NCBI RefSeq assembly: GCF_009914755.1 | Contig: NC_060928.1 | Length of the DNA: 64,000 bases | Source: the human T2T-CHM13v2.0 reference genome, Homo sapiens | Reading direction: 5' to 3' (one strand) | In this document: positions 32,721-48,285 of the stretch, piece by piece | Numbering within the stretch: position 1 is the stretch's first letter | How the letters are laid out: each line of letters begins with the position of its first letter | The notes under the pieces: model-generated | The model's input: only the letters and a program-made list of their open reading frames with translations | Told to the model about the DNA's origin: nothing | Databases searched by the model: none | Position numbers and translations under genes: made by a program

Positions 32721-35700
32721 ACAGTTTAAATACACAGATTGACAGATGAGTCTATGTAAATTATTTTCTCAAATATTTAGTAAGTGCCTATGTAACAGAC
32801 ATATCTGAGAAAGGGAACTACCAAGCATTGGGAACATTTCTATTGGTCCTGGGCTCGACTGGGACCATAGCAAAGTAAGATGTTATCAGGGAACAAACTT
32901 TGCAACCTTTTCACATTCAAGTCTTGGAGATATCATGTTTGTTATTCAAAAGCAATTTACTAAAGTTAATTCATTTTTTCATTTGTAATCAGATTCACTT
33001 AAAACATAAACCCTATGTGATATGTTCTTTGCTAAAGTGCTTCTTCAGAAAGGCACATGAGCTAAATGTATAAACAGACACCTAATTGAACTGTAAAATT
33101 TTACTATTGCTATTGTGCTCAATTTACTTTGCTGAATTTTAATGTGAGAAGACTATCAAAGCATAGCTACAGGAAAATGCCCTGCATTGTAAATGTATAT
33201 ACAGAATTCCATGAATGTTAATTATTGTATTCATACCAAATTCTCAAAATATTTCACAGAAACATTGAAATTTTCTGTGTTCATAATGGTTTTGCATAAA
33301 AATGTGTTAAAGAATTACAGATATTTACTCTGAGCCTAAATTTGAAAACAACTCTTTTGCTATCCTACTAAAGGAATGGAATAGCACTGTTGCTCAATTT
33401 GTTAACAGAACAAAAAATGTAGGTAACAATAAAGGCTAATTTTTTTTAATTTCAAGGGCACTTCAACTTATCTGTCAATAGAAAATCTAGTCTACAGTCA
33501 CGGAGCTGTCATCTGTATATTACAAGGCATGATAAAAGAGTTTTGCTTTTCACAAGTGCAAAGGGGAAAGTTAAAATGCCACAAAATGTATGGAACTTGA
33601 AGAATATGCATTCCAGCTTCATTTGACAAGAGAAATTTGTCAAACTCTCAGTTGTACTTATTAACCACATGCCTTCACAGTACCATGTTTTATCTCTCAT
33701 TTCAAGTTTTATTATAAACTTAGCTTTCTATTTAAGAAAATATCCTGACATAATAAAATTACGTTTTTCATTTACTAGTTAAGATTAACTTGCAGCACTT
33801 AACTTTATTTATATTATCCTTATTATGTTTATGCATTCAAAACAAGCATGATTCCTAAGTTTACAGCTGGGTGCTATCTCCATACTCAGTTCTGAACAGT
33901 GCACCGTAACTGGGAAGCTTGGAAATGCTAATAGAAACAGGTGGTATTTTCAAATAGAAAATAGCCACTCCTGAGTTCATTTATATTAGGTAATTACACT
34001 TCTCATTACCTTTTCCTGTTGATGCCAGATTGGTTGTTACTCCACAGGGAATACATAGGTAAGCACTGCATTTTCACAATTAACTAACATTTATTTGATG
34101 GCAAAAATTGAATTCAGAATATGAAAATTTGCAGGTTGTGATCAGACATGATTTTCTTGCAGCTAAAATTGCACATGATGATAAAAACGTTGTTACTCAA
34201 CACATTATCAAGACATACTCTTTTTTCTCCTTTCTATCAGCAGGGCCTTAAGCAATTTCTTAGGTAGTAAGAAATAGCAAATTCTAAAGAAACAAGCACA
34301 CTCCTAATTTGAACAATTTCGTGTTAAAATTAAGCACTGAGTAACACAAGCAAATTCTGTTTTAAATAGATAGACAGGAAATCAACCTCAACTAGCCAGT
34401 GGTTCTGAAACTTACTCTTAATTAACAATTAAATACGGTTTTTGTTTTTGTATTTGTTTTGCAAGAACAAAGTGTGAAGATTTGTTTCGCTGAGGCAGGT
34501 AGATAGAGCTATCTTCAGGGTGGAGAATGAGGAGGAACTTTGCTTTATCTTAGAGACATGCAGATTCCTTCATCATGATCAATTTAAAAGCTATTGACCT
34601 AAAGTTTATTGTTATTCTTAAATTTTCATTCTAATATCTTGATTATGCACTTGATTTTTATGAAAAATGCTGGTATATTTATCTTGGAATATTATGGGAA
34701 AATAAAGAAGAGAGAAGATAAATAATGCAAAGAAATATCTATACTGGCAAAAATGTTTATTCAGTTCCCTCCTCTTCCATGGGAACACCAACTCTTCCCC
34801 CATTTCTGACTTTCAATTCCAAAGACTCTGCTAGATTAGCTCAGAAGTTAGTAACTCAATTACAAGGACCTTCACTTTTTCTCCATTAATTTTATTTTTG
34901 TAACCAAGAGAGGTGTCTATACTTTAGATATGTTTGCATTTCTCTGTGCCAGACATCTTACAGAATGAATGCTTTCAGTTTTCAAGGAATTCTTCTTGTC
35001 ACCATGTCTCACAGCCTTGACTACTTCATGCTCAGGGCAGCGGTCTGCATTCTGGAAAGCATCATTTTGCCAGGCGTTCTGCTCTTCCCTCACAATAACA
35101 TGTATTCTGTGTTTAAACTTAATTAAACCTGTTTTGTTTACCTTTCACACAAATTTGTAAAAAGGTGATTTTCCATTGTATGATTTTCCTACTCTTCGTA
35201 AGAAACTATTTCTCAAATGTTCTGCCCCACAGGCACTTTTCTTCATTTCTCTTCCTTTCTTGCTCAAGACACCTGTCAGTACATTTAATATTTTCTATTA
35301 TCTCTTAAACAGAAGGGGCCTCAGGCTGTAGCTTGACAAAGACACCCAAGGGTATTGACATCTCAAGTAGATCCAGATGTCACTGCCTCCCCAGTCCTCT
35401 TGTTCAAAACAGAGAATGATTGAAGTGTTTGGTCCAATGATGTTTTAACATTTATTTTGGGCTCATTTTGTGTCAGGTCTTTAACATGTAAAAGATACAG
35501 GTCCACCCTCCAAGGAGCTTCCATTCCAAGATATTCAAAGAAGACAGACATGCAGAGGAGCTCTTTGTGAAATGTATTTTCCCCAAGTGCAAGAAAACAT
35601 ACATAGGAAAGAAATCTGAAAACATTAAAGGGGAATTTATGACAGAGGCAAAGGAAACCATGGTCTCTCTCCCTCTTGCCATTTTAATTCTAGAGCCAGA

Positions 35701-35749
35701 CAGTCTTAAACAATGAAAATGATTTATGTTAAAGCATCACACTGGTTAA

Positions 35750-36091
<342 letters not shown>

Positions 36092-36754
36092 ATATTCTTC
36101 ATATTTTTAAAAGGCTTCATGTGTATATTGATTTGGAGATGGCAACCTAAGATGACTCATTTTAGAACAACTCTACATGGAAAAAAATTGTTCTTTGTGG
36201 AAGTGGAAATATTTCTGTATTGTTTCATATGGGATTGAATCTTAAAAAAATTAGATAATTATTGGAATCTCTGGTGGCTTTGAAGTCTGGGAAACAGAAG
36301 AAGGGCAGATTTTAACTCTTTCTTAAATTGTAATCTTACTATAGGAGAAAAGGCAACCTGAAAGGCACTGCGAGGCACACAGCAATGAAGGGCGGTGCTG
36401 GCACTTTCAGTTCTGGATTTATGATAATGAGCAGTAGGGAACATACAGGAATTTCTCCCTATATCAGGGAAGAAGAATACGTTGTTAGGACATTTGACCT
36501 ATTGTAAGAGAGGTCGAAAAGAAGATTTGAATTGTAGGGAGAAGAAAAAAAACCTGGATTAAACCATAAAAAGAGATACCATGAAAAACAACATGTTATC
36601 ACAGAAAAATGCAATTATCAGAGTGAAAAATATATGGGGAAAATGAAAATCATTTCTATAACCCATAATATCAGCATGTCCATAAGCAATCTAAAAGCAG
36701 AATTTTTAGGGGGGGAAACAGATATAATGAGGTATTCTGGAACAAGGATGTGTA

Positions 36755-36957
36755 ATTTCTTCCTCTCTGGCTCCAGATAGTAAATTTTTAGGCTTTGCAA
36801 ACCACACAGGTCTTTAGCAAATATTCAGTTCTGCTTACATAGCGTGAGGTGGTCATAAACAAGACATAAAGGCATGAGAGGAGCTATGTACCGATAAAAC
36901 TTTATTTCCAAAAACAGGTGGCTTGACAGATTTGGTTCATGGTTTGCCAATCTCTCT
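36755..36957. mobile_element. MER58A-like hAT-Charlie MITE
   Basis: 'ccagatagtaaattttaggctttgc...ccgataaaactttatttccaaaaacaggtggc...gtttgccaatc'. Confidence 0.82.
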
Positions 36958-38409
36958 TCTAGAACCATTGAAGTTATTTGTAAAATGATTCCAGGTTGAT
37001 GTTTTTGATCCTTTATTTCTATGGTTTCACTTTACGGTATTTTAATTTTGATTTTAAGGGGCAGCTTTACAAAGAATAAATAATATCAAAAATATGTTTT
37101 GTGTAAGACAATATCTTTTCAGCTAAAACTAGAGACCGTGTAAATTAAAAATAATTAGACTGTATGGTTTTTTATTTGAACAATTGATAAGTTTCAGGCC
37201 ACCTCATCTACATCAATAAAATAGAATGCAGTTAAATATCAACAGTGATTTAGGTCACATATAAGCACATACAATGACTGTAAGATCTTCTTAGTGTCAT
37301 CTCACGTTTTTTTCTCACGCAGTGCTCTCTGTAAACATCATTCCCATTGTACTTCCTGTCTTTTAGGCTAGACCGGTGGCACCTATTGTTCTCACAGGCA
37401 ATTCCTTACTATGCTATTGAATATCAGCCATGCTCTGACTGGGCTCTGCACCCTGCTGAGTGATAATCACACAAGTGTGACCACAGGAGGATGGTCAGTG
37501 GACCCTGAATTAAGCTGAGCTTCTCAGGTCACAGTAGGCCTATAGCAAAGAATCATCTAATAATCCTATAACATAGCTGGCATTCTTTCAACAATAGCTG
37601 TCAGATGTGTATCTATTCATGCTACAGCCACACTCACCCTCCCACAAAACCTCTTAACTGAGATAAACTTGACATTTAGAAATGATTAAGAAATGGCAAC
37701 TTTTGAGGAGTCAGCTCTGCATCAACCTCAACTAATTTCTTGACCTGTTTTATCCCCTACTGTGAAAAGCAACTGTCAGCACATGCAGGCTAATATGTGT
37801 GATTGCCTTGGTCTGGTCTCCCAAAGCCATGGGATCAAGCGCTTAAACAAAAAAGCATGCACACTTACCAATAACAATGTATTTTGAGCATATTGCACCT
37901 TAAATTCGGATTTAAGAGATGGGAATAAATCTCCAACATTTCAGAAACATAGTTCTGTTAGTAAACCTAAGTTGAGTTAATGAATTATGGTTAATGATGA
38001 CATCACACTTTCTCCCAAGAACAATGAGGCTACTGGTTTTATATTCGTGTAAATAAGGGACTCCAATTAGTGATTTTCCCCAAATACAAGGAAATCTGTC
38101 AAAGATACATTGAACTTCTACCTCTAGACATGTAAAACCATAGTGACATTGAAATACAGACAGTCTAGCTTTATAAAGACCAAGACTCAGTATTTACCAG
38201 GCACCCAGTCCCAATACAATTAGATATGCCAGTTATTGACAGCAAATACCCTGCTGTAATCTCTGAGGAGAAACTGAAAGCTTTTGAGGGAAGTGAGTGT
38301 CAAAGTATCTGGAAACAATCATTGTCGTAATCCCTTTGAAAGATGAAAATGCATTACAGGAGAACAAATGGAACTAACAGTTTAAATATCTATTCAAACA
38401 AAATAACAT

Positions 38410-38775
38410 AGTTTACCCTTGCCGTTTCTTCTGCTTGGAATTTTCTTCCCCTATGAAATCTTTGTGGTTCACTCTCGCTTTCTCTAGATCTTCGCTCCAA
38501 CGACCACTCAGTGAGACCTTCTCTAGGCACCTCTATCAGAGACTGAATCCTGCTTCCCTCCACACTCCATCCCTCTACCTTATTCTATTTTTCTCATTAG
38601 CACTCATCATCATCCTGTTTCATTCAACCCATTCATTAAATGATTTCCTCCAAAACCCTGGGCTTGAAAGAGTGCTGTAAGAAGGCAAAGACTTTCACCT
38701 TGTACATCGTAGGCGTTCAGTAATTATTCGGTAAATAAATAAATGATTCAATTAATGAATATGTGAATAAATAAT
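38410..38775 (+). mobile_element. L2 (L2a-like) 3' end
   Basis: 'cttgccgtttcttctgcttggaattttcttcccc...gtaggcgttcagtaattattcggtaaataaataaatga'. Confidence 0.75.
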
Positions 38776-39229
38776 TCTTTTTCACCAAGAACCTCTGTCA
38801 TTCCAATTTCTCTTCACCAACATTTAATAGCAAGTTAGGATTTGAGGAGACTTATATGCAATTAAAAATATACACTTCTACTTCAAGTCTGTCAGTTGTC
38901 AACAGTTTTATTCTCTTTGCTAAGTTAGATTTTTATCATGCTGGCTTCAGCATTTGATGCTTGATAATGATACTGCAGACAAACACTCAAATACTGTGAC
39001 ATTACATCAGAGTCCACATAATTCATGTAAAAATTTACTTTGTCTACTGATATGGAGAGAAAGAAGAAGAAACATGATTAATTAGTAAAAGTAATTCTAC
39101 CCACATTTGCCTTAGCTGGTATAAGTGCCTGAGAGGCCTGTAGTGTAACCATCTCATCTTAAAGCACAGAGTGTTTTTCAAGGATGTATCTACCTTCTTA
39201 TTTATAATACATAATATAGAGTTTAATCC

Positions 39230-40960
39230 CCAACCACAAGCTTAAACACGTGCTACATGTGCAAAAATTATTTCAATAACAAAGTTAAAAATATAAAATA
39301 CTTCAAAATAAATTTATAGAGAAAGACAAAGAACCATTTGAAGAAAGGTATAAAAACATATCAAAAGTCACAAAATATCTGAGCAATGGAAACTATATTA
39401 TGTGTTCCTGATGGAAAAACTTAAAAACCGTCAGTTTTCACATAATTAATATAGAAGTAGAATCCAAATTTAATTAGAATACCAATAGATTTTTTAATTG
39501 GATAGAATAATCTGTAAATTTGTATGGAAAAACAAATACCTAAAAGTGACCATTGAATAAATGGCAATGAGGGGGGACTCCATTTGCCTAATTTTGGGGC
39601 ACATTATATAATCAAATACATTAAACCAAATATTATAAAATCATATTGATATGATATGATTATAGGAAAACCAGACAAATCATGAGAACAATATGTGTAT
39701 ATATACACACATATATATTTATATGGATAGATAGAATAATTAAATACATGATCAGTGTGTCATTTATTAATATGTATTCTTAAAAGTATAATGCTAGCAA
39801 AACTGACATTTGGAAGAAAATGTTAATTCATTTAGAAGAAAATAAAACTACACTCCTATCTTTCACCATATTCAAATAAGAAATACAATACAGATTAAGA
39901 ACTTAAATTTTTTAAAACCTTAAAATCTTTAAAAAGTCTAGGACACTCTGTATGTAATTTAGCAATAAAAACATGTGTGATTGGCTATATAAAACTGAAA
40001 ATATTTGTTTCAGAAAGAATACTGTGAACCAATAAATAGATCTACAGAAGTGTAGGAAAATCTTCTTAAACAGATGTCACCAATAGTTAAAAGTATATAA
40101 TATAAAGTAGCTAAGCCATACTGATGGGAAACACTGGCAAACACACCAACGGAAAAAGAGTCAGAAGACTCGAATAGGTTTATCACTGACAAGCAAATGC
40201 TCATGGATAATAAACCATATCATCAGTGACTCAAATGCATTGTTTGCTTGAGAATTGCTAATTAGAGTTGCCAGAAATCTCAAAATATACCCATAAACCT
40301 GACAGAAACTAAAAAGAACCATCACATCTACGACTGTTGGGATGGGAAGAAAAGATGCCTTCATACGTTACTAGTGAAAATATGCAATGCTATAGCCTTT
40401 CTGAAAAGAGAACAGGCCATATCGAGTACAATTAAAAACACATAGACTCTGATTCAGATATACTATCCTGGAATCAAACTCATACACACAAAAGCCTCCA
40501 TACATAGAGCATGTGTACAAGGATGATTATTATAGCACTATTCAAAGGAAAAATTAACTAAAATTTTGCTAGTATCCATGGATAAGGAAATGGCTGGGGA
40601 AATTATGGTAAATTCAAACTATGAAGTATCTTGAAGAGACTACATGTAATGAGTTCATCCTATGTCTGTTGACTTGGAGAGATTCATATTAGGAATAATT
40701 CAGTGAAGAAAGTGATATGCAGAAAAATGTGTTTATATGACAAAGTATATATGTATGTAAACAAACATAAGTATATATGCACATACTATATGGGTATATA
40801 TGCATATATGAGTATATGAACAGGTGACATGTATATGATATAAGTATATGAACAGTTGACAAATATGGAAAGATACATGCTAGTGGGTAAAATTGGAATA
40901 CCTGATCTAGGCAGGTTGGGCAGGCATGAGTGTTGGGGAAAAGATAGAGAAATGGCAGAG
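39230..40960 (+). mobile_element. Very old L1 (L1ME-like) ORF2/3' fragments
   Basis: Degenerate L1 ORF2 and 3' motifs ('aaatttgtatggaaaaacaaa', 'tgtacaaggatgattattatagcactatt'). Confidence 0.65.
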
Positions 40961-41224
40961 TCATGTGAAAAGCAAAAAGACAAAGATGGCACTAAAAATA
41001 AGATATACATATATATATATAAAATATGATGACAGCTATGCATCTATTTAAAATTATGCACAGACACATTAGCCATCAGGAAAATGCATATCAAAACCAC
41101 AAGGATCCCATTTCATACCCACTGGGATGGTCATGCTCAGGAAGACTGACAACAGGTGTCAGAAAAGATATGGAGAAACTAGAACCCTCATACACAGCTG
41201 ATGTGAATGTAAAGTAATGCCACT

Positions 41225-41529
<305 letters not shown>

Positions 41530-42117
41530 GGCAATGGCTTTAGAAAATGCTCTAGCAGTTCCTCAAACAGTTTAACATAGACTTACCATATGACCCAGAA
41601 ATTCTACTCCCAAGTATATACCCAAAAGAAATAAAAAAATGTCCACACAAAAATGTACACAAAAGTTAATGGAGAATTATTTATAATGGCTAAACGTGGA
41701 AACAAAACAAGTGTCCATCAAATGATGCATACACAGGTAACATGTGGTAATAGCTACACCAAGGAATATTATTCAGCCATGAAAATGAATGAAATACCAA
41801 ATTCTGCAACATGAATGAACCTGGAAAACATTATGCTGAGTGAAATAAGCTAGACAGAAAAGGTCACATATGATATAATTTCATGTGTATGAAATGTCCG
41901 GAACAGGCTAGTGTCTAGAGATAGAAAGTGGACTAGTGATTGCCTAAGGCTGGAGTGGATGGATGGATTAGGGGGTGATAGTTAAATAGAACAGTGTTTC
42001 TTTTGGGGATAGTGAAAATATTCTAAGTCTGATCGTGGTAAAGGATACACAGCTCTGTCAATATGCTAAATGTCATTGAATTGTATACTATGAATGGATG
42101 AACTGTATGATACGTAA

Positions 42118-42450
<333 letters not shown>

Positions 42451-42728
42451 AGTGAATTATATCTTAATAAAGCTGTTCAATTATATACACACATACATGT
42501 ATGAACCCATCTTTGTTAGACAAACAGTACCCACAGATTATGTTAAACTACCAACTAAATGTAGAACTTTTTTTTTTTTGCTTGACCTGTAAAATTGGCA
42601 AAATTGAATATGTGTTCAACATCCTGGTTTGCTCATTGGAGCAATTGCTTGTTGGAAATGAAATATAACTGTGTTTGAATTCATTTACAGTTCAATTCTA
42701 TACTGAATTGCTGCCCCATTACTGCAGA

Positions 42729-42931
42729 CAGTGTTGCGCTAATGTTGGCACCTTCTGGCTCCTAATATCCAATCGTGTGCCCTTCTTCCCAAATCTATAT
42801 TCAGTAACACTGCATTGACAGCTTCAAATAGACCATGGTGGTGTATTTATACCACAAGCCCCCACAAATACTATAAGTTAGTCCCCATGCTCACCTCACC
42901 CCACCACACACTGATTTATCAGCACACATTG
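42729..42931. mobile_element. MER63A-like hAT-Blackjack MITE
   Basis: TIR-like ends cagtgttgcgct / agcacacattg. Internal 'cttcccaaatc...ttcagtaac...gcttcaaatagaccatggtggtgtatttataccac'. Confidence 0.7.
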
Positions 42932-42939
42932 GTTACAGG

Positions 42940-44319
42940 TAAAGAAGCCCAAGGCTGAGAGAAAAAAGGCATGAAGGACCACAACATCTAAAGAAACCTT
43001 CCAGCTTGCCACTAGTAGTTAGATTTGGAACCTCCCAGAAAAGCTGGCTGACTGACTCTTTCTCACCAACTCTCACTATACCCCTGCCTTCCCAGTGGCA
43101 GCAGGACATTTCACCCTTTTCCCTTGGGATAAGGGAGAAGGCTCACTTCTCCCTGAAGCCAGTTGAAAGGGAGTCCTAAGAGAATCCCCTTAAAGTCTGA
43201 TGTGCACATCCTGGAACAGTAGACTTCAATTATCCTCCAGCGGGGTGCTTGCCGAGCTGCTGGATGTCCATGCCCAAACTGGTGCCACCACTAGAGCAAA
43301 GCGTGCTCAGAGAGATCCTGGAAAGATGGCCCAGGGGACACAGAGTATGGTGCAGCTCAATTTTTCAGACCATCTCTGAATATGAGAACAATATGGGAAG
43401 TTTTCCTATGAGCCCACTGAGTTTTGGGTGAATACTTGAATATAAAGATGGACACCCATTTTTGCAGAGCTTTCTGAATTCTGGAAGTCCTGTATTATAA
43501 TAAGTGCCAGCATTTCTTTCAGCCCCTGGGACTTAGTGTGCCTGGAAAGAAATAGGGGCAATCCCTATACCACGTCCATTCTCTGTAGCCCTCTAAATGT
43601 GTAGAAGAAGACCTCAGAGTTGCTTGTAGCTTGATGGGCTAGAACAATGGGGTTTTCTAGGTGGCCGCTGTCTATTGAAGAGTGGCCAACACAAGAAAGG
43701 GTGGAGGGCCTATCTTTGACAAGGCAAGGGAGTCATGGCTGGTCCTCTACAGAACTCTTCAATAGTAATGGAGACGGGTAAAGCCAATTACACTTCCAAG
43801 ATGATGTGGATACAACCGAAATAGAGGCCACCACATAAGCGTGGTTCACCAGCATCAAATAGAAGGGTTCATGAACCAGCCTGAGGTAAGGGATGGCTTC
43901 CTACCAGCAATATGGCTGTCATGTAAGGGAACATTCTCCTCTGCTAGCACCCCCACTTTTTTGCTCCTAACAACAGCAGAGCTACAAGAAGGGGAGGAAG
44001 AAGTCACCTCACTGTGACATCCTGCCCCCATACCACCTCTATGCACTAGCCAGCCCCACAAACAAAGCTTGCATGAAGATTAGGAAGAGGCCAACATACT
44101 GCCATGTTTGTAATTAAAGTTTTACAAATAAACAGGAATGAGACTTAAGAGTCATTGAAAGTGTCAGGAGATTTATGGAATCTGAGGAAGCTATCTCTAA
44201 GGGACATACAACTCAGTGAGAAATCTAGATTCTACATAGTCTAGTCAAAAGCTGTGTCTGGGCAAAATAAAATTATTTAATGTTTATGTCCCAATGAGCT
44301 CTTCAATAAACTGGCTACA
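42940..44319 (+). mobile_element. Probable ancient LTR (MamGypLTR-like)
   Basis: GC-richer block ending 'gcaaaataaaattatttaatgtttatgtccc...ttcaataaactggctaca', which resembles mammalian Gypsy LTR ends. Family and 5' boundary are uncertain. Confidence 0.4.
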
Positions 44320-44469
44320 GTTTAATTATTACTCTGCTTCCCAGCTAGATCACTTCCATCAGCTTTTAAAGATGCCCCCATCTTTTTTTCACAACAAACC
44401 AGAATTTTCTTTTTCTCTTCAAAGCTGACAATTTTATTGAAAGTTTATATTTGCCATTTTTAATTTACC

Positions 44470-46360
44470 TTATTTTCATTTTTCATCAGACTTTCATCAC
44501 TCCACCAAAAATATCTGTACCACTCAGTTGTTAAATCCAGAGGACATATTTCAACCATCACGTAATTTAGACTCAAGGCAGTACATAATACAGTTAGCAT
44601 GCTCTTAATTTAATTTATGTTATATTATAATATTCTAAAATATTTTAAAGTAAATCACCTACACCAATATATTCCATACCTAAATCGTTCAGAATATTTT
44701 TTCACACATCCACATAAATTCATACATAACTAATGCAATATTATAACACTCTGAATAATTGGTAATCATTCCTTAAGATTATCTAATACTTAGTCTATAA
44801 TCAAGATTCTATAATTGGCCCTTATAATTGGCCCTAAAATATTCCTCATAATTAAGCCTTTCTTCTCAAAATACTCTTTTCTCTAAGCTTTTATGGCTCA
44901 ACTATCTCTTGATATTTCTACTATCCATCAGCCTAGTTCTCCCCTGAGTCCTTTCAAGCCATTGAATATTTAGTTCCCTCAAATTCACTGCCCTGGAGAT
45001 TTCTTCTCACTCTGGTCTGTGATCTCACCCATGTCTATGACTTTCATTACCACGTTATATGATATGGTTTGGCTGTGTCCCCACCCAAATCTCACCTTGA
45101 ATTGTAGCTCCCATAATTCCCACGTGTTGTGAGGAACGCCATGGGAGAGAATTGAATCATGGGGATGGTTTCCTCCATACTGTTCTCATGGTAGTGAATT
45201 AGTCTCATGAGATCTGATGGTTTTATAAGGGGTTTTGCCTTTCACTTGGTTCTCATTACCTCTTGACTGCCACCATGTTAAGACATGCCTTGTGTCTTCC
45301 ACCATAATTGTGAGGCCTTCCCAACCACGTGGAACTGTGAGTCCATTAAGCCTCTTTTTCTTTATAAATTTCCCAGTCTCAGGTATGTTTTTAGCATCGG
45401 CGTGAGAATGGACTAATACATTATATTAATATTGTAACACTCCAATTTTTATTCTCAATATCCAATTCATTGAAGATACTATCTTTACAGCTTTTCCTTA
45501 TTCACTTTTCTTGTCTCTCTGCCCACTACCTTAGGATAAGTTATTTATCTCCTTGACCTCTGCTACTGAGGCCTTCTCATTGACACACTACCTATGGTTT
45601 TCCTTATTTTATTTACTTAGTCTTATATTTGACATTTCTAAATAATATTATTAGCTATTTTATTATTTCTGAATAATATTATTTGATATTCTTAAATTTG
45701 GTATTTCTAAATAATGTTATTATTTGTATATGCAGAATGTTTGCATTTTTCATCCAAACACAGGAGTAGCTGGTAGTTGAGAAAATATTTTGCAGTAAAA
45801 GAAATTAAAATATTTGACCATTTTCTTACTTAAGAACTTTAAGCAGCTTTCTATTTCTCTTAGGATAAAGTCCAAAATCCTTAACGTGGACAACAACAAC
45901 AAAGATCTTGTGTGATCTAACTTGTAAGTACCTCTGCAGTCTTATTTAAAAATATTTTCCTTCAAGTTTTCTTCTTTCTGTTTAGAGAGATTTCTTTTTT
46001 CAGTTCCTACAACCCATGGTATTTTTTTATTGTTACCTCTCTCCCAAATGTTCACCAGTCCCCACCACTTTCATCTCCCACAGATATTACTTGTCAGCTC
46101 AAATATCTTGTTCTCAAGGAAGTCTCGGCAGATTTCTCTGTTACATTCTCTTAGGAAAGCATTATAGCAGTTGATAAATATGACTCCTTTGTGTGATTAC
46201 GGACTGAGGGCCCTCTCATCCATTAGTTTGTGAAGAATAAGAAGTCCAGGAAGGTGTCAGATTAAACCTATGATTTTACTCTTAACTCTAGCACACAGCT
46301 CTGGTGTCATAGGGGATACTCCATAAATGCCTGTGGAATGGATAACCAAATGAAGGGAGG
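44470..46360 (+). mobile_element. Fragmented L2
   Basis: L2 motifs ('cttaggataaagtccaaaatccttaacgtgg'; 3' end 'ctccataaatgcctgtggaatggataaccaaatgaa'). Confidence 0.65.
45060..45420 (+). mobile_element. THE1 (THE1B/C-like) MaLR solo LTR
   Basis: tgatatggtttggctgtgtccccacccaaatctc...ggactaataca. Perfect TSD ttata at 45055-45059 and 45421-45425. Confidence 0.95.
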
Positions 46361-47189
46361 TACATGAATTGTTGTTCACTTATCTGAGGCCTAATGTATT
46401 TTGATCATGTAGAACTTGCATGTAGGTTAATAATATTGAGTGAATGCATGATATTAAAAGTAGAATTTATTTAGTAAATATACCCTAACTTCCATGAATA
46501 CACATTTGTCAAATGGGTCATGAAGTTTTGGAAGAAAAATGTTTCAAAACTAGACCACAAAGAATACCTCAATAAATAGAAATTTTTTTATAAAGTCATC
46601 TTAGTTGTATGTATTAATAAATCTATACTGTGTAACAAAATGAGAAGCAAACAGAAATGAAATCACTAGCAGTATTTTTAACTAATAATCAATTCTCAAT
46701 TCAAAGATAAAATCTAAAAAGAAGGACAGACTATTTTTCAATTACACTAGATTCTAAATCCTAAAAAAAAAAATCCCCCAAACAATACACTGAGGGGAAT
46801 TAGTGACCTTTGACCCTGTAATGGGTGCCAAATGGAATTTAAATTTTATATTTTTACCTTGTACAAAAAATAGTTCCCAAGAGGTAACTGCTAACTGAAG
46901 TACTTTTTAAAAATGAGTGAGTGAATCATCATACAGAAAGTTAAAATAGAAAAGAACAGAGATTATAGAAACACAGTTAATAGCGACTAAGAAAGCAAAG
47001 GGTCAGTATCTTTAGTAAGTAAACAGTTAAAATTAATAAATAAGAGAAATCTAAAGACAAGACAGTGAAGGAACAATATACAGCAAAAGGTAACTTGCTA
47101 TAAGGCAAATATGCCTAGGAAGGTAATAACAATGAGGGAGCTTCAGACCTGGAGGATGAAGGTAACCACTGGAATTTAAATTTCTTCAC

Positions 47190-48285
47190 TTACCCTTCAA
47201 GAGGATCATAAGTTCGACAAGGAATAAACATAAAATCATGCAAGATGTATAGCTTCAGAATCACTAGAAGACAGAGAACACCACAAAATCCAGACGAGCT
47301 ATCAGTAGTAAACAAACTCTAAATCCCAGCATAGCTCTCCCTGCCACTGCAAGCCTGTGGGTAAGAGAGCCAGGAGAGGGAGGTGAAAGAGGAACCATGA
47401 AAAAGAGGAGGGGAAAAGTGGTAACTTAGACAAAAAGTACAACAAAGGATCTCCTTAGAAGTTGGGCACTAGGCATGAACACTGTGAAAGCATTTCTGGG
47501 ACACATAGTTCCCAATACCAATTACAGAAAAGGGGCTTGAAATGAGGGTGATGGAGGTGACAGCCTTGACGAGGTACAGCTTCAAAGGCAGAAGCAGGTA
47601 GGGAATGGGGCTCCTTGAGAACACGACAGTGAAATCAAAGAAGAAAGAAAAGGGAAAATTGAGGAATCTGTAGAAACCAGAGAGAGAGAAGAACCTCCAA
47701 AACTTCTCTTCCTGCTCTTACCACCATGGCCAACTTCATCCATTAAGGAAACTGAATGTCACTGTAGTGCAGAAAGGGGCATTCTCTCTAGTGTGTGTGT
47801 AGAAATAGAAGAGAATGTTTTTAAAAAGAATTTAATATAACATCTTGTAAGAAAAAAAACCCAGGAAGTATAAGTCATATCATTTTAGCTAATAAAAATG
47901 AATGCCCTTTATCCCCCAAAGAAACAAAAATCAAATAAGAGCAAAATAAAGTTGTAATACAACATTCCCAGCTGAATTATATATTCTCCAACAAGCATAT
48001 GGAGATAAGCAAACAAGAAAGAAAATAAATACAATACCAAATGCGAAAATCAAGAACAGAAATAGACTAAAATGACAAAACAACAGAAAAAAAATGCAAT
48101 GAGGGTTAATTGAAGTCATGAAAGGAATTAAAGATAAAGACGAAATCATCTCAGACGAGGAACAAATTAAAATTAGCCAGGAATGATCAACTTTGAGATA
48201 TATCTTAGTAAAATCATCAAACTTGATGGCAAAGCTATCCTCAGGGAAAGCAAACAAAAGTTTAAAATGTTTAAAGGGTAACATG
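47190..48285 (+). mobile_element. Possible old L1M/HAL1 5'UTR-ORF1 remnant
   Basis: Purine/A-rich strand bias with an ORF1-like A-rich stretch at 47950-48280. Family not certain. Confidence 0.4.

Noticed and set aside
37340-37560. Possible old MLT1J/K-type LTR fragment
   Set aside because: The resemblance is too weak to call without a profile search.
45634-45725. Three loose copies of atttctaaataatattatt
   Set aside because: Extremely AT-rich low-complexity sequence with no evident structure beyond slippage.
47931-48284. 117-aa hydrophobic minus-strand ORF resembling a membrane protein
   Set aside because: It is the antisense reading of an A-rich L1-like strand, which yields F/L/I-rich peptides artefactually.
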